Of a stretch of DNA of 64,000 bases, positions 52,830 through 62,440 are shown piece after piece. Every line of letters begins with the position of its first letter. Within the stretch, counting starts at the first letter, position 1. The position numbers were made by a program, and so were the translations under genes. Location: NCBI GenBank assembly GCA_963763775.1, contig CAVXPZ010000001.1, forward strand, positions 1,184,001-1,248,000, read 5' to 3'. The notes under the pieces were generated by a model, which was not told the DNA's origin, did not search any database, and saw only the letters and a list, made by a program, of their open reading frames with translations. This DNA is from an uncultured Chloroflexia bacterium. GTDB taxonomy: Bacteria > Chloroflexota > Limnocylindria > Limnocylindrales > CSP1-4.

Positions 52830-53540
52830 ATGACGGACCTCCGGATCCCGCCTCGACCGCCGAAAGGCGACAGCTGGGTCGCCCTCGCGACGGACGGTCC
52901 GATCCTGACCCTCCGAGGCGCGATCCGGACGGTCTCGGATCCCGCGACCTTCCGAGCGCTCATCGACGACGTCCGGCCCAGGATCGTCGTCGTCAGTGAG
53001 CCGCCCGCATCCGCGGGCCTGCTCGACCACCTGACACAGCAGCGACGGCGACGACCGCGCATGCGGATCGTGCACGTCGCGGCCGACGCGAACATCGATG
53101 GTCGGCTGCGGGCGCTTCGGCTGGGGTTCGACGCGTCCCTCCCGAAGAGCATCGACCCGAGCGAATTGCTCGGCAGACTGGAGCTTCTCGATGAGCTTGC
53201 CCACGTCCGCAGCGCGTCGTGCGTCGCCGTCGGCGCGGGGGTGGAACTCGACCTGGTCGCCCACGAACTCCGCCGGGACGGCCAGCCCGTGCACCTCCGA
53301 CCCAAGGAGTTCGACCTCCTGGCCCTCCTCGCGGCGCATCCAGGTCGTGCCTACACCCGACGGCAGCTGCTCGACCGGGTGTGGGGCAACGGCTACCGCG
53401 GGGATCCCCGGACGGTCGACGTCCACGTCCGATGGCTTCGCGCGAAGGTGGAAGCGGATCCGGCGCATCCGGCGCACCTGGTCACGTTGCGATCGATCGG
53501 CTACCGCCTCGATCCGCCCTTCCCGTTAACCGAGCCTTAA
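52830..53540 (+). CDS. OmpR/PhoB-family regulator with degenerate (pseudo-)receiver domain
   Basis: Winged helix LRPKEFDLL..TRRQLLDRVWG..RTVDVHVRWLRAK..GYRL; receiver has PRIVVVSEPP where PDLxxLD is expected. Confidence 0.85.
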   Translation: MTDLRIPPRPPKGDSWVALATDGPILTLRGAIRTVSDPATFRALIDDVRPRIVVVSEPPASAGLLDHLTQQRRRRPRMRIVHVAADANIDGRLRALRLGFDASLPKSIDPSELLGRLELLDELAHVRSASCVAVGAGVELDLVAHELRRDGQPVHLRPKEFDLLALLAAHPGRAYTRRQLLDRVWGNGYRGDPRTVDVHVRWLRAKVEADPAHPAHLVTLRSIGYRLDPPFPLTEP

Positions 53541-53563
53541 CGAAGTGCAAACCACGCGTTGAC
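53526..53563 (+). promoter_or_regulatory. Putative Pho box array upstream of pstS
   Basis: TTAAC 53526, TTAAC 53537, CAAAC 53548, TTGAC 53559: exact 11-bp phasing. Confidence 0.75.
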
Positions 53564-53672
53564 CACGCCGCTCGACCGTGAGAGCGCTCAGACAGGGATG
53601 TAGAGACCAAGGCTGCCCCGAAAGCCAGCGACCGCCCGCGTAGCCGTGTGGCGACCAGGAGGAAACAGATCC

Positions 53673-54867
53673 GTGATCACCCCCACCTCGAAGCGCCTCG
53701 GCGCGCTCGCCTTCGCGGCGATGTTCGCGATCGGCGCGTGCTCCAGTTCCGGATCGTCGGCCGCACCGTCGACCGCCGCGTCCGCCGCAGCGCCGTCTGC
53801 CGCGGCCCCGTCAGCTGCAACCCCGTCGGAAGCGGCCCCATCCGCGTCCGCCGCGGCGATGACCCCGCCGGCCCCCGCCGCCGGCAGCGTCACGCTCCAG
53901 GGCGCCGGCGCCACCTTCCCGGCCCCGCTGTATGACAGCTGGTTCCAGACGTATACCGGAGCCAACCCGCAGGTCCAGTTCGACTACCAGGCCATCGGAT
54001 CCGGTGGCGGCATCAAGGCCATCACGGACGGTACCGTCGACTTCGGCGCCTCGGACGCTCCGATGAAGGACGAGGAGATCGCCGCCCTGCCGGCCGACTG
54101 CAAGGTCCTGCACGTCCCGACCGCCCTCGGCGCGGTCGTCGTGATCTACAACCTGCCCGGGCGTCACGGCGCTCAACCTCGACGCCGACAACGTCGCTGG
54201 GATCTATCTCGGCACGATCAAGAAGTGGAACGATCCCGCGATCGCCGCGAACAACGCGGGCGTGACGCTCCCCGACACCGACATCCTGGTCGCCCATCGC
54301 TCGGACGGCTCCGGGACCACCAACGCGTTCACCACCTACCTCGACACGGTCTCGCCCGACTGGCACACGAAGGTCGGCAAGGGCAAGGAAGTCAACTGGC
54401 CGGTCGGCGTCGGCGGCCAGGGCAATGACGGCGTCGCGACCGCGGTCAAGCAGACGCCCGGCACGGTCGGCTACGTCGAGCTCAACTACGCGACCACGAC
54501 GGGGCTCACCTCGGCGAACCTCAAGAACGCCGACGGCCAGTTCGTGCCCGGCTCGACGGACGGCGTGACCGCCGCCGCCGAGACCGCCGCCGCCAGCTTC
54601 CCGGCCGACTTCCGCCAGGCGCCGATCATCAACGGCGCCGGTCCGACGACCTATCCCATCGCCTCGTACACCTACCTCCTGGTCTGCACGGACCAGAAGG
54701 ACGCCACGAAGGGCCAGGACCTCGTGGCCTTCATGTACTGGGCCCTGACCGACGGTCAGGCCACGGAGAACACCCTCGGCTACGCCCCGCTGCCGGCCCC
54801 GGTCGCGCAGAAGGCGATCGAGGAACTCCACCAGATCACCACCGGCGGTGCGCCGATCTGGCCGTAA
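53673..54867 (+). CDS. pstS: Phosphate ABC transporter substrate-binding lipoprotein (frameshift near 54160)
   Basis: AGGAGG SD, lipobox IGAC, GAGATFPAPLY, GSGGG, DFGASD, HRSDGSGTT, YPIASYTY. Confidence 0.93.
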
Positions 54868-54887
54868 CCCTCGCTCACTCCTCCTGA

Positions 54888-54921
54888 CGGAGCGCCCCGA
54901 AGCTCGGATCGGGGCGCTCCG
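54888..54921 (+). terminator. 13-bp stem-loop after pstS (partial terminator or mRNA stabiliser)
   Basis: CGGAGCGCCCCGA / TCGGGGCGCTCCG with 8-nt loop; no U-tract. Confidence 0.6.
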
Positions 54922-54975
54922 CTCAGTCTCGTTCAGGGGCGCTTCGGAGCGCCGACGGTCAAGACGAGGTCATCG

Positions 54976-55935
54976 ATGACGACGATCCCGGCGACGAGCT
55001 GGCTCACCGCGCACCGCACCCGACGCATGCCCGATCGGCTGTTCGTGGTCGTCACGCGCGTCGCCGCGCTCGCGGTCGTCGCCCTGCTCCTCGCCCTCGG
55101 TGTCACGATGCTGGCGCAGTCCATGGAGGCATGGCGGACGTTCGGCGTCGCGGACTTCGTCACCGGGACGACGTGGGATCCGGTCGCCGCCGTCTACGGG
55201 GCGTGGCCGTTCATCGTCGGGACGATCCTCTCGTCGCTCCTCGCCCTGCTCATGGCGGCGCCGATCGGGATCCTGGCGGCGATCTTCCTCGCCGAGATGG
55301 CACCGGGGCGGCTCGCCACCCCGCTGATCTTCATGATCGAGCTGCTCGCCGCGATCCCGAGCGTCGTCTACGGGCTCTGGGGCGTCTTCGTCCTCGCGCC
55401 GTTCCTGCGCGACACGGTCGAGTCGTGGATCGCCGATACGTTCGGGTGGATCCCGTTCCTGGCCGGGCCGACCTACGGGATCGGCCTCTTCTCCGCCGGG
55501 GTCATCCTCGCGATCATGATCCTGCCGACGATCATCTCGATCTCCCGCGAGGTCATCCGCAGCGTGCCCGACTCGCAGCGCGAGGCGATGGTCGCGCTCG
55601 GTGCGACGCGCTGGGAGACCATCGCCAAGGCGGTGCTGCCGTTCGCGCGATCCGGGATCGTCGGGGCGGTCATCCTCGGGCTCGGGCGGGCCCTCGGCGA
55701 GACGATGGCCGTGACGATGATCATCGGCAACGGGCAGAACGTCCCGACGCGGCTCTTCGACCAGGCGCAGACGATCGCCTCGAAGATCGCGACGACCTTC
55801 AACGAAGCCACCGCCGGCCTCCAGGTCTCGAGCCTCATCGCCCTCGGCCTGATCCTCCTGGTGATCACGATCCTGCTCAACATCGTCGCGCGCTTGCTCG
55901 TCTGGCGCGTGGCCGGCCCGGTCGGAGGCGAGTGA
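54976..55935 (+). CDS. pstC: Phosphate ABC transporter permease PstC
   Basis: ELLAAIPSVVYGLWG, REAMVALGATRWET, LGRALGETMAV. Confidence 0.95.
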   Translation: MTTIPATSWLTAHRTRRMPDRLFVVVTRVAALAVVALLLALGVTMLAQSMEAWRTFGVADFVTGTTWDPVAAVYGAWPFIVGTILSSLLALLMAAPIGILAAIFLAEMAPGRLATPLIFMIELLAAIPSVVYGLWGVFVLAPFLRDTVESWIADTFGWIPFLAGPTYGIGLFSAGVILAIMILPTIISISREVIRSVPDSQREAMVALGATRWETIAKAVLPFARSGIVGAVILGLGRALGETMAVTMIIGNGQNVPTRLFDQAQTIASKIATTFNEATAGLQVSSLIALGLILLVITILLNIVARLLVWRVAGPVGGE

Positions 55936-56825
55936 TGGCCGTCAACGTCGCTCCGGCGTCCACGCGCACCGCGTCCATCCTCTCGAGCCGCGCCGGCGGC
56001 CGGCGGACCTTCGTCGACCGGTTCATGCGCGGACTCGCGCTCGTGGCGGCGGTCTCCTGCATCATCCCGCTGGCGGCGGTCCTGACCTTCGTCACCCTCA
56101 AGGGCCTCGCGGCGCTGGACCTCGACCTCCTCACCAAGCCGCCACGCGCCCAGGGGATCGGCGGCGGCGCCCTGCCCGCCATCCTCGGCACCCTCCAGAT
56201 GGTGCCGGTCGCCGCGCTGATGGCCATCCCGTTCGGGGTGCTGGCCGGCGTCTACATCCACGAGTTCGGGTCCGCACGGTCGGGTCGGGCGATCCGGTTC
56301 GCGGCTGACGTCCTCGTCGGCGTGCCGTCGATCCTCATCGGGATCTTCGTCTACACGTTCCTGGTCCTGCCGTTCAAGCAGTACAACGCCTTCGCCGGCT
56401 CGGTGGCCCTCGCGATCATCATGATCCCGGTGATCATGCGGACGACCGAGGAGATCCTCAAGCTCGTCCCGAGCTCGCTCCGCGAGGCGTCGCTCGCCCT
56501 CGGGGTCCTGCGCTGGCGGACGACCCTGTCGATCGTCGTCCGGACGGCGCTCCCGGGCGTCCTGACCGGGATCATGCTCGCCGTCGCGCGCGCCGCAGGC
56601 GAGACCGCTCCCCTGCTGTTCACGGCTCTGGGGAGCCGCCTCGTCAACGTCGGCGACTTCAGCAAGCCGATGGACGCCCTGCCGCTGTTCATCTATTCCA
56701 ATGCTCGACAGCCCTTCGAGCGCCAGAACGAGCAGGCTTGGGGCGCGGCCTTCCTGCTGCTCGTCCTCGTGCTCGGCATCAACGTGTTCGTCCGCATGCG
56801 ATCCGCGAACCGGCGCACCAAGTGA
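55935..56825 (+). CDS. pstA: Phosphate ABC transporter permease PstA
   Basis: TGATG coupling; [29 protein letters not shown]. Confidence 0.95.
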   Translation: MAVNVAPASTRTASILSSRAGGRRTFVDRFMRGLALVAAVSCIIPLAAVLTFVTLKGLAALDLDLLTKPPRAQGIGGGALPAILGTLQMVPVAALMAIPFGVLAGVYIHEFGSARSGRAIRFAADVLVGVPSILIGIFVYTFLVLPFKQYNAFAGSVALAIIMIPVIMRTTEEILKLVPSSLREASLALGVLRWRTTLSIVVRTALPGVLTGIMLAVARAAGETAPLLFTALGSRLVNVGDFSKPMDALPLFIYSNARQPFERQNEQAWGAAFLLLVLVLGINVFVRMRSANRRTK

Positions 56826-56839
56826 GAGGTCCAGATCCC

Positions 56840-57739
56840 ATGACGGTCGAGACGCCAGAGAAGCCCGAGATGCCCGATGCGCCGACCCCGCCGGCTCCAG
56901 GGGCGCCATCCGCCGTCACGGACCCCTCAGCGGGCGTCGTCGCGGCCGCCCCGCCGGTCGTCGCGCACTCGGGCCAGCTCGACATCGAATCCCTGAACGT
57001 CTACTACGGCACGTTCCGGGCGGTCCGGGACATCTCGCTGACGATCCGCCCGCAGGCGATCACGGCGATCATCGGCCCGTCGGGCTGCGGCAAGAGCACG
57101 TTCCTTCGCTCCATCAACCGGATGCACGAGGTGGTGCCCGGTGCCCGGGTCGAAGGCCACATCCGCCTCGATGGCATCGACATCTACGATCCGGCCGTCG
57201 ACCCGGTCCAGCTCCGGCGGGTCATCGGCATGGTCTTCCAGCGGCCCAACCCGTTCCCGACGATGTCGATCTACGACAACGTCGTGGCGGGCCTCCGCCT
57301 GACCGGCCGCAAGTCCAGGACCGACCTCGATGAGGTCGTCGAGCGGTCGCTGCGACGCGCGGCGCTGTGGGACGAGGTGAAGGACAAGCTCAAGGCCAAC
57401 GGGATGTCGCTCTCGGGCGGGCAGCAGCAGCGCCTGTGCATCGCCCGGGCCCTCGCCGTCAACCCCGAGGTCATCCTCATGGACGAGCCGGCCTCGGCGC
57501 TCGACCCGGTGGCGACGCTGCGGATCGAGGAGCTGATGGCCGAGCTGCGCTCGGACTACACGATCGTCATCGTCACGCACAACATGCAGCAGGCCTCGCG
57601 GATCAGCGACGCCACGGCCTTCTTCACGATGGGCCCGGACCGTGCGGGGTATCTCGTCGAGATGGACGACACGGCGACGATCTTCACCAACCCCAAGGAC
57701 CAGCTGACCGAGGACTATGTCTCGGGTCGGTTCGGTTGA
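56840..57739 (+). CDS. pstB: Phosphate ABC transporter ATP-binding protein
   Basis: [54 protein letters not shown]. Confidence 0.97.
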   Translation: MTVETPEKPEMPDAPTPPAPGAPSAVTDPSAGVVAAAPPVVAHSGQLDIESLNVYYGTFRAVRDISLTIRPQAITAIIGPSGCGKSTFLRSINRMHEVVPGARVEGHIRLDGIDIYDPAVDPVQLRRVIGMVFQRPNPFPTMSIYDNVVAGLRLTGRKSRTDLDEVVERSLRRAALWDEVKDKLKANGMSLSGGQQQRLCIARALAVNPEVILMDEPASALDPVATLRIEELMAELRSDYTIVIVTHNMQQASRISDATAFFTMGPDRAGYLVEMDDTATIFTNPKDQLTEDYVSGRFG

Positions 57740-57756
57740 GCCGCGAGGAGCCGACC

Positions 57757-58515
57757 ATGACCGACCAGGAACGACAGGCCGCGAGCGACGCGCTGTCCGA
57801 GCAGCTCAGCGAGATCATCGGGCGCTCGGAGGCGGCAGCGACCTCCGCGGAACCACACCCGGTCCGCGAGATCCTCGACCGCGAGCTCCGCGAGGTCAAG
57901 GACAGCGTCCTGCGGATGGGCGTGCTCGTCGAGGAGCAGATCCGCGCGGCGATCAAGGCGTTGACCGGCCACGACGCCGACGCCGCCCTCGCCGTCATCA
58001 TCGGGGACGGCCGGATCAACGAGGCGCAGCGACACGCGTCCACGCTCATCGCCCGGACCATCGCCACGCAGACCCCGGTCGCTCGCGACCTGCGGTTCCT
58101 CCTGTCCCTGGACCACGTCACCTACGAGCTCGAGCGGATCGGCGACCATGCCGCGTCCGTGGCCAAGCAGGCTCGCAAGCTGGCGCCCGAGCCGCCGCTC
58201 AAGCACTACGTCGACCTGCCCGCGATGGGCGAGATCGCCGCCGAGCTCGTCCACGGGATCCTGCGGGCCCTCGTGGACATCGACCAGGTCGAGGCACGCG
58301 CCGTCGCCGCGCGCGACGACGAGATCGACGACCTGTACCACAAGACCTTCGCCGAGGTCGTGGACCTCATGCGCGAGGACCCGGACAACGTCGAGCGCGG
58401 AACGCGCATCCTCTTCGCGGCCCACTACCTCGAGCGCATCGGGGACCGCGTCACCAATATCGCGGAGGACGTGGTCTTCCTGGCCAGCGGCGAGGTGGAG
58501 GACCTCAACCCATGA
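57757..58515 (+). CDS. phoU: Phosphate signalling complex protein PhoU
   Basis: QTPVARDLR, LERIGDHA, DDEID, LERIGDRVTNIAE. Confidence 0.95.
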   Translation: MTDQERQAASDALSEQLSEIIGRSEAAATSAEPHPVREILDRELREVKDSVLRMGVLVEEQIRAAIKALTGHDADAALAVIIGDGRINEAQRHASTLIARTIATQTPVARDLRFLLSLDHVTYELERIGDHAASVAKQARKLAPEPPLKHYVDLPAMGEIAAELVHGILRALVDIDQVEARAVAARDDEIDDLYHKTFAEVVDLMREDPDNVERGTRILFAAHYLERIGDRVTNIAEDVVFLASGEVEDLNP

Positions 58516-58976
58516 ACGCGTCGCGACCCATCCGGCTGCTCTTCGTCTGCACCGGCAACTCGTGCCGCAGCATCATGGCCGAGGCGCTCCTGCGCGACCG
58601 TGGCGGCGCGGCCTTCGAGGTCCACAGCGCCGGCACCGATCCCAAGGGCCTGAACGCGCGGACGATGCGGTTGCTCGACGAGGTCGGACTCGACGCGTCG
58701 TGGGCGCGATCCAAGTCTGTCGACGAGTTCCGCGGCGAGTCGTTCGACTATGTCGTCACCGTCTGCGATCAGGCTCGCCAGGTGTGCCCGGTCTTCCCGG
58801 GCGGCGGGACCACGCTCCACTGGGGCTATCCGGACCCGGCTGAGGCGACCGGGACCGAGGACGAGATCATGGACGTCTACCGGCACACGTTCGCGGCGAT
58901 CGCCGAACGGATCGGGCTCTTCATCCCGCTCGCGCTGCGCCAGCGCGACGAGATGGCTGCCGCGACGGCCGATTGA
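58512..58976 (+). CDS. arsC: Thioredoxin-coupled arsenate reductase (LMW-PTP fold)
   Basis: CTGNSCRS P-loop plus VTVCD...CP Cys pair, HWGYPDP; ATGA overlap with phoU. Confidence 0.82.
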   Translation: MNASRPIRLLFVCTGNSCRSIMAEALLRDRGGAAFEVHSAGTDPKGLNARTMRLLDEVGLDASWARSKSVDEFRGESFDYVVTVCDQARQVCPVFPGGGTTLHWGYPDPAEATGTEDEIMDVYRHTFAAIAERIGLFIPLALRQRDEMAAATAD

Positions 58977-58992
58977 GCGTTACGCTCCAAGG

Positions 58993-59478
58993 ATGACGCT
59001 CCAGCTCTACCTGCTCCGCCACGCCCACGCCGGCGACCCGGCCGCCTGGCTCGCCCCCGACGCGAGCCGGCCACTGTCGGAGAAGGGCGAGCGGCAGGCC
59101 GACCGGATGGGCCGCTATCTCGCGCTGATCGGGCTCGCCCCTGACGCGGTCATCACGTCGCCGAAGGTGCGCGCCGCGCGGACCGCCGAGATCGTCGCGG
59201 TCCATCTGGGCGTGCCGGTCACCACGGACCCGCGCCTCGCCGGTCCGTTCAGCCTCGAGGACGTCGAGGCGATCCTTGCCGACGCCGGCTCGCCGGCCCG
59301 GCCGATCCTCGTGGGGCACGATCCGGACTTCAGCGACCTCCTCTCGTCGCTGGCCGGCGCGGCGGCGATCCCGATGAAGAAGGGCGCGCTCGCACGGATC
59401 GACATCGACGGTCACCTGCGCACCGGCGCCGGGACGCTGCGCTGGCTCCTGCCGCCGGACCTGCTGCCCGACGGCTGA
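58993..59478 (+). CDS. sixA: Phosphohistidine phosphatase SixA
   Basis: LYLLRHA, RPLSEKG, TSPKVRAARTA, LVGHDP, MKKG. Confidence 0.88.
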   Translation: MTLQLYLLRHAHAGDPAAWLAPDASRPLSEKGERQADRMGRYLALIGLAPDAVITSPKVRAARTAEIVAVHLGVPVTTDPRLAGPFSLEDVEAILADAGSPARPILVGHDPDFSDLLSSLAGAAAIPMKKGALARIDIDGHLRTGAGTLRWLLPPDLLPDG

Positions 59479-59534
59479 CCGCCGGGCGCGCCGGCCGCGT
59501 GCTCTCCCAAACCTTGGCCGATAACGAGCGGGTG

Positions 59535-59773
59535 TCAGTCGCCAAGCCAAGCGGCGATGTCGCCGGCGGAGGGCACCCGACCGTAGCTGACGACCTTGCC
59601 GTCGATGACCAGCCCGGGCGTACTCATGATCCCGTAGGCTCATGATCTCGGCCGTAGTCGGTCACCTTGACGATCTCCGCGTCGACCCCGGCCATCGCGA
59701 TGGCCTCGCGGGTGTTCTTCTCCAGGCGCGCGCAGTTGTTGCAGCCGGGTCCGAGGACTTCGATCTTCTTCAT
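59535..59773 (-). CDS. Small redox-active disulfide protein (thioredoxin-like; frameshift near 59645)
   Basis: MKKIEVLGPGCNNC; shifted frame continues YGIMSTPGLVIDGKVVSYGRVPS. Confidence 0.85.
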
Positions 59774-59802
59774 GTTCTTGAACTCCGTTCCTTCTGCTGA
59801 TG

Positions 59803-60846
59803 TCAGGCGTACAGGGCGTTGAACAGGTAGCCGACGAACAGGATCCCGACGGCGACGACGCCGGCGAAGACCGCGATGAGCTGCGGCTTCATGACCCGCC
59901 GGAGGATGACCATCTCCGGGAACGACAGGGCCGTGATGGCCATCATGAACGCGAGCGCCGAACCCATCGGCAAGCCCTTGGCGATGAGCACCTCGATGAT
60001 CGGGATGGTCCCGGCGGCGTTGCTGTACAGCGGGACACCGAGCAGCACGAGCGCGGGGACGGCGAGCGGGTTGCGGCTGCCGCCGATCGAAACGACGAGG
60101 TCCGTCGGCACGAAGCCGTGGATGACGGCGCCGATGCCGATCCCGACGAGGACGAACGGCAGGACCTTCCAGACGAGGCTGCGCGTGGAGGTCCACGCGT
60201 CGCGCACCCGGTCCTCGAGCGTGAGCTTCATCTCGATGGCCCCAGGGCCGGCTGCCTTGATCTCCCAGACGTAGGGCTCGACATAGCGCTCGAGGCGGAG
60301 GCGGCCGATGACCAGTCCGGCCACGACCGCGACGACGAGCCCGGCGGCGATGTACATCAGGGTGACGGCCGGACCGAACAGGCCCCACAGCAGGACGATC
60401 GCGATCTCGTTGACCATCGGCGAGGCGATCAAGAAGGCAAAGGTGACCCCGAGCGGGACACCGACCTCGACGAAGCCGATGAACAGGGGCACCGCCGAGC
60501 ACGAGCAGAAGGGGGTGACGACCCCAAAGCCCGCGGCGGCCATCGTCCCGGGCAGCACTCCACGGCCGGCAAGTGCCGATCGGACGCGCTCGGGCGACAC
60601 GTACGAGCGCAGGAACGAGACGAGCGTGACGATCCCGGTCAGGAGCAGCAAGACCTTGGGCACGTCGTACAGGAAGAAGGCGATCGCATCGCCGAGCTGC
60701 GAACCCTCCTGCAGACCGAGCAGGTCGTAGGCGATCCAGTTCGCGAGAGGGAGCGTGATGAACCACGCGATCAGCCAGGCCATGACCGCCAGGCCGACGG
60801 CCGGCCAGAACGGCACGTGGGTTCGCCGCGCAGCGATCGTCGTCAT
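59803..60846 (-). CDS. ArsP-like permease (DUF318)
   Basis: FFLYDVPK, TPFCSCSAVP, FLIASPMVN, GVPLYSNAAG, ALSFPE. Confidence 0.88.
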   Translation of the reverse strand: MTTIAARRTHVPFWPAVGLAVMAWLIAWFITLPLANWIAYDLLGLQEGSQLGDAIAFFLYDVPKVLLLLTGIVTLVSFLRSYVSPERVRSALAGRGVLPGTMAAAGFGVVTPFCSCSAVPLFIGFVEVGVPLGVTFAFLIASPMVNEIAIVLLWGLFGPAVTLMYIAAGLVVAVVAGLVIGRLRLERYVEPYVWEIKAAGPGAIEMKLTLEDRVRDAWTSTRSLVWKVLPFVLVGIGIGAVIHGFVPTDLVVSIGGSRNPLAVPALVLLGVPLYSNAAGTIPIIEVLIAKGLPMGSALAFMMAITALSFPEMVILRRVMKPQLIAVFAGVVAVGILFVGYLFNALYA

Positions 60847-61178
60847 CGCAGGAGGCGCTGGAACGACGCAAGCGCCGTCGCGCACGCGGCCTCGTCGCGC
60901 TCGTAGTAGACCCAGCGCGCATCGACCATGTGGCGGCTGGCGCGGACAATCCCTGCGCGGCGCAGCTTGGCGAGGTGGTTGCTGACGTTGTTCTGGCGCT
61001 CACCCAGGGCTGCGGCCATCTCGCACACGCAGTGCGGGCCGGAACCCAGGATGGCGATGATGCCGGCCCGGATGGGGTCGCCCAGGAGGGCGGCTGTCGC
61101 GGCCACGTCGGCGACCTCTGGCGGCGCCACCTGGAGGCGCAGCTCCGGCAGGACCGGCAGTTCCGTCCGCAGGGCCAT
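60843..61178 (-). CDS. ArsR/SmtB family repressor
   Basis: LGDPIR, HCVCEM, QNNVSNHLAKLRRAGIV, WVYY. Confidence 0.88.
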   Translation of the reverse strand: MALRTELPVLPELRLQVAPPEVADVAATAALLGDPIRAGIIAILGSGPHCVCEMAAALGERQNNVSNHLAKLRRAGIVRASRHMVDARWVYYERDEAACATALASFQRLLR

Positions 61179-61345
61179 CACGCCACCTGCCCGGCGATGG
61201 CATTGATCGAGTCGATCGGCGGGGTCAGCGCGAAATCGGACACCGACAGCAGATTCCCGATCACGATGCCGATGGCCATGCTGGACAGCACGAAGAATGG
61301 CAGGGGGCGGAAGTCCTCGAGCTTCGCGAGCAGGCGGGCAGTCAT
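61178..61345 (-). CDS. 55-aa single-TM ORF, possibly an N-terminal fragment of an Acr3-type transporter
   Basis: Read by hand: MTARLLAKLEDFRPLPFFVLSSMAIGIVIGNLLSVSDFALTPPIDSINAIAGQVA*; TGATG-coupled to the arsR-like gene. Confidence 0.5.
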   Translation of the reverse strand: MTARLLAKLEDFRPLPFFVLSSMAIGIVIGNLLSVSDFALTPPIDSINAIAGQVA

Positions 61346-61349
61346 CGGG

Positions 61350-61562
61350 TCACGCGGCCGCCTGCGCCGGGGCAGGTCGGGCGGCCAAGCGGCGCTGCGG
61401 CGCGAAGACCCGTTCGGGGTGGTGATCGCACCCGTATTGCGGGACCGTGTCGCCGTGGAACGAGGCGACGAGGTGGTCCTTGCACAGGCCGACGAAGCAG
61501 AAGCGGCAATGGCTCACGGCGGCCGTCGTCAGGCCTTCGCGGGCGCATTCATGGCAGATCAT
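61350..61562 (-). CDS. Small Cys-rich protein (DUF2180-like)
   Basis: GAGG SD; MICHEC...AVSHCRFC..GLCKDH...CDHH. Confidence 0.7.
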   Translation of the reverse strand: MICHECAREGLTTAAVSHCRFCFVGLCKDHLVASFHGDTVPQYGCDHHPERVFAPQRRLAARPAPAQAAA

Positions 61563-61582
61563 GTCGACACCTCGGAAACGTC

Positions 61583-61618
61583 TCATCACGCGATGAACAT
61601 CACACGAACGCGTGATGT
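61583..61618. promoter_or_regulatory. Putative ArsR operator(s)
   Basis: ACATCAC-N8-GTGATGT (61597-61618) next to TCATC-N4-GATGA (61583-61596), just upstream of the ars module. Confidence 0.55.
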
Positions 61619-61746
61619 GTGACAGAGTCTTCCGGCCCTGTCGGGGGGGCTCGCCGGCCCATGCGAATCGCCAGGAGCAGGCTCGCTCCGTCCAAGCGAG
61701 CAGCGCGCGCCGAGGCTCGCTGTCCGGCCATCCCGCCGGGTCGTGA

Positions 61747-62436
61747 CTACCCGTCGAGCGCGGCAGCCTCCACGCACGCCGCGGCCACGCCGAGGCGCGA
61801 CAACCGGTCGAAGGTGGTTCGTCGCCGGATGGTCCAGGCGGCGACCTCGAGCCCCGCGGCGTGCGCCTGCCGGATGGAATCGGGGTGGAGGGCCTCCCAC
61901 CATGACGCGATCCCGCGGCAGCCCAGCTCGGTCGCGGAGGCGATGTCGAGCGCATCGAGCGTCTCGCTGTTCAGCCAGCGCGGCCAGGCCGGCGCGAGCC
62001 CGGCGACCCGCTCCAGGGTCGCGGTCGCGAACGACGAGACGACCGCGTTGCGAAGGTCCGCCCCGCGGCCCGAGGCGAGGACTTCCACCACCGCTCGGTC
62101 GTGGTCCCCCTTGAGCTCGACGTCGAGGAATGCCCGGCGGCCGATGGCGATGAGCGCGTCCGCGAGGGTCGGGATGCCGTGCGCCTCCAACTCGTCGGCG
62201 GTCAGGGCGTCGACCCGATCCGGGCGACCCTGGACCCGCTGGAGCGTCTCGTCGTGGAGCAGGACCGGGACGCCATCGCGCGAACGCCGCACGTCGAACT
62301 CGAGGCCGTCGCAGCCGGGGATCGCGAGGGCGGCCGCGAACGCGCCCAAGGTGTTCTCCGGGGCCTGACGCCAGTCGCCCCGATGGGCGAGTCGGAGCGT
62401 GCGGGTCGCCGGTCCCGGCGGGGTCGCCATCGCCAT
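61747..62436 (-). CDS. Glycerophosphodiester phosphodiesterase family protein
   Basis: AHRG, PENTL, EFDV, LLHDETLQR, VELK, SSF, AWT. Confidence 0.9.
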   Translation of the reverse strand: MAMATPPGPATRTLRLAHRGDWRQAPENTLGAFAAALAIPGCDGLEFDVRRSRDGVPVLLHDETLQRVQGRPDRVDALTADELEAHGIPTLADALIAIGRRAFLDVELKGDHDRAVVEVLASGRGADLRNAVVSSFATATLERVAGLAPAWPRWLNSETLDALDIASATELGCRGIASWWEALHPDSIRQAHAAGLEVAAWTIRRRTTFDRLSRLGVAAACVEAAALDG

Positions 62437-62440
62437 CGCG

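Noticed and set aside
53740-53880. SAAAP-type repeats at the PstS N-terminus (similar in the sugar-binding protein)
   Set aside because: Ordinary flexible lipoprotein tether
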